A stretch of DNA of 64,000 nucleotides from Octopus sinensis (lineage: Eukaryota): the NCBI RefSeq assembly GCF_006345805.1, contig NC_043002.1:84630001-84694000 (forward strand), written 5' to 3'. The position numbers and the translations under genes are program-made. Positions 55,791-64,000 of this stretch are shown here, piece by piece. Each line of letters begins with the position of its first letter. Position 1 is the stretch's first letter. The notes under the pieces were generated by a model. It saw only the letters and a program-made list of their open reading frames with translations. It was not told where the DNA came from and ran no database searches.

Positions 55791-57019
55791 ATGGAGCACG
55801 ACAGAACTAAATCCCATAGATTATAATACGAAATGAAATTATTTGCAGCGCGATCCGAAACGATGATCTGGAAATATATTCTTAATATGTTCCGGGAGAT
55901 TCGAACGCAAAATACGTTCGTCATTGTTGTGTACGTCACATGGAAACAACTTCTCTTTCCCGTTTTATGATGACAATGTGTTCACAACACATTCGATTCA
56001 ATGCCGCAGGGGATTCTGGCTGTGTATCTCGTCGACGAGAAGTAAACGGACCTTTTGAACCTAAAAGTGCTACTGGTTTTGTTTATAGTTTCAGCAAAGG
56101 AATTGTTTTCTCATAAGTGCTTATATTTGCCAACCGATTAAAAACCATTATTTGCACGGTGTACCAGGAACTTTTCAGTTAATACAACACGAGAAATGTT
56201 TTAGAAACGCCACATATTTCACAATATGTCTACCAACCAGCGAGGGGTTTATGGGATTATTGAAGGTCAGGGAGCAATATATGAAGGTAGTTATTAATGT
56301 TGCTTACTAACATAATTTAGAAGTTTGTCTGTTGCTTATCCTTGTTCATTTTGGAGTTTAAAAAGCAGCAAGTTGATTATATCCATAGCAATAAAATCTT
56401 CACAAGAAATTCGCTTAGATCAATGTGGTGAACGGCTACAAAGGCATGCTATATGATCAATATTTTCACGAAATGGTTATCCCGTACATAAATAAACCTG
56501 GAGGCATAAATCGGGCTCGAGTAGATCAGCAGGAGAAACAGCATTCGCAACATAGAAACAAGTCATTACTACGAAATATCTCGAAGGGAATATTCACAAC
56601 TCTTACAATACAGATGACAAATGTCATCTACGTGGATCAGTACCTGAAATACATTGTATCAAGATATCCTACAAAATACACCGAGAGAGACATAACGTTG
56701 CAAAGCTCTTATAAATACGATGAAAAACAAAATTTCAACTTAGAAAATTACTATTTTTAAATCTCACAGCAGTAGTAAAGATTGTTTGCCAACATAATAT
56801 GGCAGTCCTGGTTTAGGACGAATGTTGCTGTAATTTAGCACCAAGAGACATCGTCTCCAGCTGGCTATACGACACGAACTGTGTTCTTATATTTTCGAAC
56901 AAGGGAATCTAGCACCCCCACTCAGCTCAAAACGATATCTGTGTATCGCGATTTCCGGGTTATTTCGCTTCATCAGCTGAATATCTCACGTCGTGAGATT
57001 TAAAAATAGTAATTTTCTA

Positions 57020-60000
57020 TTTTAAATCAGTGACTAGTTGTCACTTTGAAAACGATATATTTCGAACGGGAATTTGGCAGCGCCACCTCTGCCCGAACAA
57101 TTTTTTGCGTCGTGATTGCTAATTTGCTGTTACCAAAGTTATGTGAATTCGTTCCGTGTGTTTTTGTCTGTTATTGTAATATTTTTGAGTATTTTTCTGT
57201 GAACTGAACTGTTGTCCTTCGGGGAAGAATAATTTTCGCCGTACGGGGCAGAAAATTCTGTTTTGTAATTCTTGTGGAAAAAAAAATATTATTGCTGAAC
57301 TGTTTTTCTTTACCCGTTGCTGGGTAGTGAATTTATTTTGTCATTTTTTGTCATTTTTAGCAATTTAAAAAAAAGTTTATGATAGAATTTAATATTACAC
57401 CAAAAAAAGATTTTCCCGTGATGGGAAAAGGTAATACCAGTGAAAATGTAGGTGAAATGAAAACACAAGAAAAGGAAAGACCAAGTTTTTTTGCCGCTGT
57501 AGGCGGCAATGTAGCGGAAATGGAGCAACTATTTAAGTTTCATTACTTAATCAGGAAAAGTGGTAGCGACACAAAACTACTGCCTCCTCTAGAGACAGTG
57601 CAAGCAATAAATGCGCGAACGGTTGTGTATAAAATTTACAATCTTAAAGCAAAAAGAATTATGAACACCAAGAATGACGTCGTTGAAAGGTGTTTGGCCC
57701 CTATATGGAACCAAGTAACCTACGTTAGCCGTGGAATGAGAAGCGCAACGGTGGAAGCGCAGTTTGAAACAGCTAACGTAGCGAAGGTCTCCACGAAAAC
57801 CTTAAGAAACGAGGAAATAATTCTGTTACCCACATACTTAGGTCGCAGAACGGCGAAAATTACAGTAGATGAGGTCCCGGCTGGTTATGAGGCTATGTCG
57901 TTAGCAGCGGCGATCATATACGACGTAAAGGAATCGGTGTCGATATTACAAATGAGAAAAAAAACAGAAACCGTCAACTGGAAAGGTCAGACGCTCGAGA
58001 TGGTCGTTAAAGCGTCGAACGAAACGTTAGAAAATTTGCCCGATAGGGTGTTTGTAGGGGAGGAGCTAACCATGAGAGTAGCCGTTGAAGGACGTAGACT
58101 TCGTTGCTCCAAATGTGGAGAAAAGATCCATGTCCGCTCAAAATGCACGAAAAAGAAAAACAACGAGGCCCCTCCCTAAAAAGCTGCGAAGGAAGTAAAA
58201 GGAAGAAATGAAAAGCTGCAAAATACAATAGAAACGAAAGAGGGAACAATAGCGGAAGAAAAGACAGATTAGAGCGATGAAAAAAGCAGAAGTCCCAGAC
58301 TCCCCTCCCCAAACAAAAAAATCAGTTAAACACACAACAGACACACAAAGCAAAATTCCCCAGACCAACTCCACGGTGAAACCTTTTACCAAACCCCTCC
58401 CCAAAACACAAGAATTGTTTCCTACGTGGAAAAAAACGAGCCGTTGTCTACCGCCATAAGAGTGCATCACAAGGCTCGAGTTTTCAAAATAACTAGAGAT
58501 ACGTCCCCGAATATTAGATTCGCAAAAATGGACGCGGGCCTATTTTTGGAGCTGAAGGGACGGTATCCGGAGGATATCAGAGACATCAGCTCAGAAATGG
58601 CAAACAAAAAATTGTTAACAAGCCCAGCAGCTACACCAACGAAAAGCCTAGCGGCTACGCCATCAAAACAAAAGAATGGAGAGGCAAGCGAATTTGTGCA
58701 GCCCTCACCAAACTCAAACTGTAAGTTACTCTTTTTTTCCATTTTTCACTATGGCGATTAATTTAGGGAGTATAAATGTACGTGGGCTGGGGTAGAAATG
58801 GAAACAAGCTAGTCACCTGAACGACCTTAGCTCACGAGATATAGATGTATGCATTGCAACTGAGTCCAAGATAGGAGGACCAAAAGCGTTCTCACCTCTT
58901 CTAAATGGCTATGAGAAATTTATTTCTCCTAGCCGGGGAGGAGGAGGAGGAGGGGGCGTGATGGTCCTACTCAGGAAGACCTTGGACTTACAGGTAAGTA
59001 CAGTCTTTCTGGAGCCAGAAGGTAGGCTGGTCGTCCTAGATGTGACCCACGAGAGTAAACAGCCCTTCAGGTTGGTAACTGTCTATGCTCCTAAGGAGTG
59101 TAGGCAGTCTGGTTTTTATCGAGACCTAGAGCACTTTCTAGTGACGTAAAAAACGGTAGTTCTGTTAGGAGACTTTCATACTATCCTCGATGTACGAGTG
59201 GATAGTATTAGCTCGACTGATAGGAGGGGAAATCCTGGCCTCAAGGGTCTACAAGAGAGCTACAATCTAGTAGACCGTTACAGACTGGATGAGCTGAGTG
59301 TTCCACAGTGGACGAGGAGTAATAACGACGGTTCAAACAGATCTTATATAGACAAGGTATTCGTTAGAGAAAGTGATAGGAATACTTTTAGCTGTCTACA
59401 ATTTTGTATTGTACCTTACACGGTTCACAAATTTGTGACGAGTGAGATGCATATAGATAAATGTCATAGACAGGGACCCGGGGACTGGAAGATGAACAAG
59501 TCTATTTTGATTTGTGAAGCCTTCCGTATCTGGATTAAGGACTTAGTACAGAGGGCACTATGCGGCGCCATCATTAATAATAGATGGTGGTACGCCCTTA
59601 AGAGAGCCATTCGTTTAGGGTCTATTAGATTTAGCAATCAGCTAAGTTTAGATAGATCTAGAATAGAAAGGGAATTAGTTAAGAAAATAGACGAGGCTAT
59701 GGTATCTGGCTCTGCAGCTAGAGTGCCGGCGGTGAGAACGGTCTTGTACCGTCACCTCAAAGCCAAACACGAAGGTTGCAGAGTTAGAGCTAAGCTACGT
59801 GCAGTAGACCGAGGAGGTATTAACCTTGTCGGATGGGCCCGTCGTGTGGAGTGTCAGAGGGGCAAAAAAGCCTCTATAAAGTCTTTAACTGACGAACAGG
59901 GACGCAAGATCTATGAACAGGAAAAGATGCAAAAGGCCTTTCACCTGTATTTCGCCCGGTTGTTTGGGCAGTGTGATGCGCTCGAGCATGGAGAGTCTTT

Positions 60001-60095
60001 AAAGGGCTTCCTCGCTGGTGGGCCGCGACTCTCGGCACTTGAGGCGAAATGCTGTGAAGGACCGATTACACCTGCGGAGAAAATACAATCCTGTG
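57020..60095 (+). mobile_element. Tx1/L1-like LINE, 5' two-thirds (ORF1 plus APE of ORF2), 3'-truncated
   Basis: ORF1 at 57379-58179 has a knuckle-like CSKCGEKIHVRSKC. ORF2 from ATG 58751 stays in one frame with two stops: SINVRGL, VYAP, LLGDF, SYIDKVF, GPGDWKMN, EGPIT. Confidence 0.9.
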
Positions 60096-60894
60096 TAGAG
60101 AATGACGGAGAAAAGTCATCGATGGCCTAAGCGAAAGGATTAAAGAAGTAAATAATCAGAGTCATTGCTGTCAGAATGCGCAGAACCAGAAAAAAAATGC
60201 CGCAAAATATCTCAACCGACTCTCTAAGAATTCTGTCAATCCATGACCATGAATTAGTATTCTTTTACCAACCTAGAAAGGAGAAAAGACAAAATTGACC
60301 GAAGTGAAATTTGAACTCTGAGCGTAGAGAGAACAAATACTGCACGGTATTTTATATACAGTCAAACGACTCGGCTACTTTGCTGCCTTTATCGATATAG
60401 CAAATACCAAAAGATTTTAAATTGTGTGAAAGTAACTTGAAAAGCTAAGATATTACTATGACCTAGCTAATGAACTAAAAACATTTTGGTAGTTAAGGAT
60501 GGGTTTAGCTTCTCACTTAAAATAATTAGCACAACTGACAAATTATTTATAGACAGAGTAAGAGGCACGTTAAAAAAACAAGCATTATTAGGACCTGCAA
60601 ACATCGTTTAAGAATGCAAACACACTTTGTATTAACCCTAAGCTCATTTGTTAACCTTAAACGTATTTTTCAATACTGAGCATATTGGAAACTCAGATCT
60701 GAACATTCTTTTTAGCAAGGAATACCTCAATGAGTGTGTTTCCTTGAATGTTTTCGTTAGGCCTCATCACACCTTTAGGATGTACCCCATTATTTTTGTC
60801 CCAAGAAAGGGACCTCTTTACGTATTTCTCACTACTACTACTACTACTACTACTGCTACTACTACTGCTGCTACTACTACTACTACTACTACTA

Positions 60895-60928
<34 letters not shown>

Positions 60929-60959
60929 GCTACTACTACTGCTACTACTTTCTGCTGTA

Positions 60960-61300
60960 AGTACAAGGCCTGAAATTTTGTGGGGGAGGGGGCTGGTCGA
61001 TTACATCGACTCCACTGCTCAATTGGTATTTATTTCATCGACCCTTGAAGGATGAAAGGCAAAGTTGACCTCGGCAGAATTTGAACTCGGAACGTAATAA
61101 CGGACGAAATGCTGATAAGCATTTTGTCTGGTGTGCTAACGTTTCTGCCAGCTAGCCACCTTAATAACAACAACCACAGCAAAAGCAACAGCAGCAGCGG
61201 TGGAGGCGCAATGGCCCAGAGGTTAGGGCAGCGGACTCGCGGTCGTAAGAACGCGGTTTCGATTCCCCGACCGGGCATTGTGAGTGTTTATTGAGCAAAA
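60960..61300. mobile_element. SINE A (-, ~60960-61155) and a 3'-truncated SINE B head (+, ~61200-61300)
   Basis: Family-diagnostic sequences are read directly. Confidence 0.85.
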
Positions 61301-61718
61301 ACAACATCAACAATAATATAAGTGTGTTCTTGTTACTTTTAGTTTAGGGGGCTATCTATCGAAGGAGTGACTATTACTAGTGGATAGTGTTTTCATTATA
61401 ATATATCTAGGGCCTTTTAAAAGGAAGTTTGTTTGTTGACCGCTAATAAAACTAAATCTTGAATAAAATTGGTAATAAAGTATTGTATGATTTCAAAAAT
61501 AGTTTAATTAAAGTTTCAGTTTCTACAGCTATTTGAACTGCTGACTTCATACTTTAAGCCTACACGCACTGGCTCACACATGCGCAATTTCCAGTCGCGA
61601 CAAATTCATCTTATTCGCTGGATACTTTTGAATCGATCAACTGTTTCAACATTCCTTGTGTTACATGCGCTAAGATTCGAAGCAATAGTATTTTCGTTTT
61701 GTGAAGTTTGGTGATATA

Positions 61719-62578
61719 CGTGGTCTGATCAATAAGTATCCGGACTTTTGCCATAGTAACGAAGCTAATAATTCACGCGAAGTAAAGCCGCTTGGCACAG
61801 ATTGACCTTAGCTCTGCCGTGCATGCGTACAAAGTATTAACGTTCTAGCTATCTTCTGCTGTATAGGAACGTGTATAGCGTGTGATCATCACATTAACCA
61901 TAACAAAGCTGAGCAGAGAATCTGCATCAAATTTTACAAAAAGCTTGGCGATACCTGCTCAGAGACCTACGCAAAGTTTTCAATAAGTTTTCATCTTTCT
62001 CGACACAATCAAGGAGATATTGTGCAAATGAAATCCGAGTGTCTTTTTGGTCAGCTGAAAGCACTTTTAGCACAAACTTGGCAGACACGCGTCTCATATC
62101 CAAATCTTCAGTAATGATAGACTGAACCAAACAATGATAACGGCCTGCGAGTCCTCTGATAACTCACGGATCGGCTTCTCACAGCACATCTGTGATGTCT
62201 TCCTCAGTTGTACTGGTTGCATGTCTCTCCAGAACGTTCGTCAATATCGACTATTTTTGGTCATCTTGGAAACGTCTGAAACACTCGTACACTTGTGTGC
62301 AGCTCATAGACTCCTCTCCTTACATTTTCTGCAACTTTGCGTTGGACTCTGAGCAGGTATCGTTATGACAACTTTCTCTGTCGTGATCAATGCGACGATC
62401 ACACGCTACACACGTTCCTTCCAAGCACTGCTGTAAACAGCAGAAGTGAGCTAGAACATTAATTCCTAGTGCACATGCACAGCAAAGTTCAAAGCTAGTC
62501 TGTGCCGAGCGGCTTTATTCTGCGTGCTTTAACTTCGTTTCTATGGTAACACTCCGGATACTTATTGATCAGACCTCG
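61719..62578. mobile_element. Mariner derivative built from two inverted 5' ends
   Basis: TIRs cgtggtctgatcaataagtatccgga and tccggatacttattgatcagacctcg, with TA on both sides. The + arm encodes EQRICIKFYKKLGDTCSETYAK. The - arm encodes DTCSESNAKLQK..VQSIITEDLDMRRVSAKFV. Confidence 0.88.
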
Positions 62579-62769
62579 TATATAAAAGGTATAATTGTTA
62601 TACTGGACTGATTTTTATGAAGCACGGTAGCTGGATGAAATAAAGCACATATTTGAATTTAGAAACAACAAAAAAGGAATTCATGTTACGAGATTTATTT
62701 TTGAATTTTTTTAAACGTTATACTTTAGAACATTGAAAATGATATGTAGAAGACAATGTAATACTTTTT

Positions 62770-63430
62770 AATCATCTGAAGCCCGACGCTCCAGAAGTCG
62801 AAGGGATAGGGACACTCAAGAAGAAAAGCAGGACAGGCTCGAGTCTCAGAGAATACGAAATGCTGTGGAGATACAAAAAGCAATGAGAAGCAAGGCCTAT
62901 TTGAAACAATCAGACAAGCCCGTTTGAGAGAACAAAGGTTACCAGTGCAGAAACGACAGAGATTGGAGTTTCAAACCAATAGACAAATCTGCTTGAGGAA
63001 ACATGAGACACCAGAGCAGAAACGATGGAGGTTGGAGTTTCAAGCTGATAGAAAAGCCCACTCAAGAGAATGGGTATTAACTGCACAACTTCAAAGTAAC
63101 TCATTCAGAAATGTTCCCTCCACAAAACAGGAAACATCAGAGCAAGTCAGGTTTTTCTCGTGAAGAGTAGAGACTAGCAACCTTTAACTACGATCAGACA
63201 CATGAGGATTCTCTGCAAAGTGTGATATCTATTGGTTCAATGTTCAAAACCTGTGAGAACTGTTCTGAAAAAAAAATAAGAGGGATGGAGAAACTATAAG
63301 GATGTGCTGTTCTGATTGCAAAGCTAATTTACATACATCTCAGTATCCTCCCCCATTTCAGGATCCTCCATTTCAGATCCTTTATTTCAAGATCCTCTAT
63401 TTCAGGATCCGCCATTGAAAACTTTGCTTG
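62770..63430 (+). mobile_element. Helitron Rep/helicase N-terminal fragment (degenerate)
   Basis: ETPEQKR..RLE-type repeats are followed by ATFNYD..ISIGSMFKTCENC..RMCC..DPP..LKTLL, the zinc-binding start of RepHel proteins. Confidence 0.7.
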
Positions 63431-63551
63431 TTTGAATTATTGTGTTTTTATATATTCTGAGCTTATAAGCCATACCAAATTTCCACATACTCATTTTATA
63501 AACCTGTTTACTCCTCCCTTTGTATTTTATATAACTTTATGTTGTTTATTA

Positions 63552-63965
63552 GGCGTAGGAGTGGCTGTGTGGTAAGTAGATTGCTTACCAACCACATGGT
63601 TCCGGGTTCAGTCCAACTGCGTGGCACCTTGGGTAAATGTCTTTTCCTATAGCCTCGGGCCGACCAAAGCCTTGTGAGTGGATTTGGTTGACGGAAACTG
63701 AAAGAAGCCCGTTGTATATATGTATTTATATATGTATATGTATGTGTGTGTATATGTTTGTTTGCCTGTTTTGTCCCCCAACATCGCTTGACAACCGACG
63801 CTGGTGTGTTTACGTCCCGTAACTTAACGGTTCGGCAAAAGAGACCGATAGAATAAGTACTAGGCTTACAAAGAATAAGTCCTGGGATCGATTTGCTCGA
63901 CTAAAGGCGGTGCTCCAGCATGGCCACGGTCACATGACTGAAACACGTAAAAGAGTAAAAGAGTA
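63552..63965 (+). mobile_element. SINE family C, full length
   Basis: Head ggcgtaggagtggctgtgtggtaag (A box) and ccgggttcagtcc (B box). The tail ends aaagagtaaaagagta. Confidence 0.92.
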
Positions 63966-64000
63966 TTCCCACACGTTGTTGTAACCACCTCATGTGTGAC

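Noticed and set aside
56425-56760. 111-aa ORF as a possible host exon
   Set aside because: No recognisable domain, no convincing splice-site pair and no partner exons.

Overview
Eukaryotic, AT-rich, transposon- and microsatellite-saturated DNA, most likely an octopus (coleoid cephalopod). That assignment is inferred from the SINE families and repeat spectrum, not proven. I found no convincing host exon, rRNA, true tRNA or CRISPR array, and most long ORFs in the supplied track are translations of simple repeats. Recognisable content: three Penelope-like element (PLE) fragments with GIY-YIG domains, many RLE-type (R4/Dong-like) LINE fragments, Tx1/L1-like, RTE and Gypsy (K02A2.6-like) relics, Helitrons, Tc1/mariner relics and MITEs, and at least four tRNA-derived SINE families. 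The most interesting observations are: (1) hammerhead-ribozyme-like motifs with a non-canonical U3-A8 core and different stem II sequences in two PLE terminal regions; (2) a modular SINE system in which one head carries four different tails, including a TSD-bounded chimera; (3) an RLE LINE family apparently targeting (TACA)n, alongside a (TAA)n landing-pad array; (4) tandem Helitrons carrying a captured Tx1-type ORF1 fragment. Coordinates were counted by hand, and element boundaries are approximate unless a TSD or TIR is quoted.
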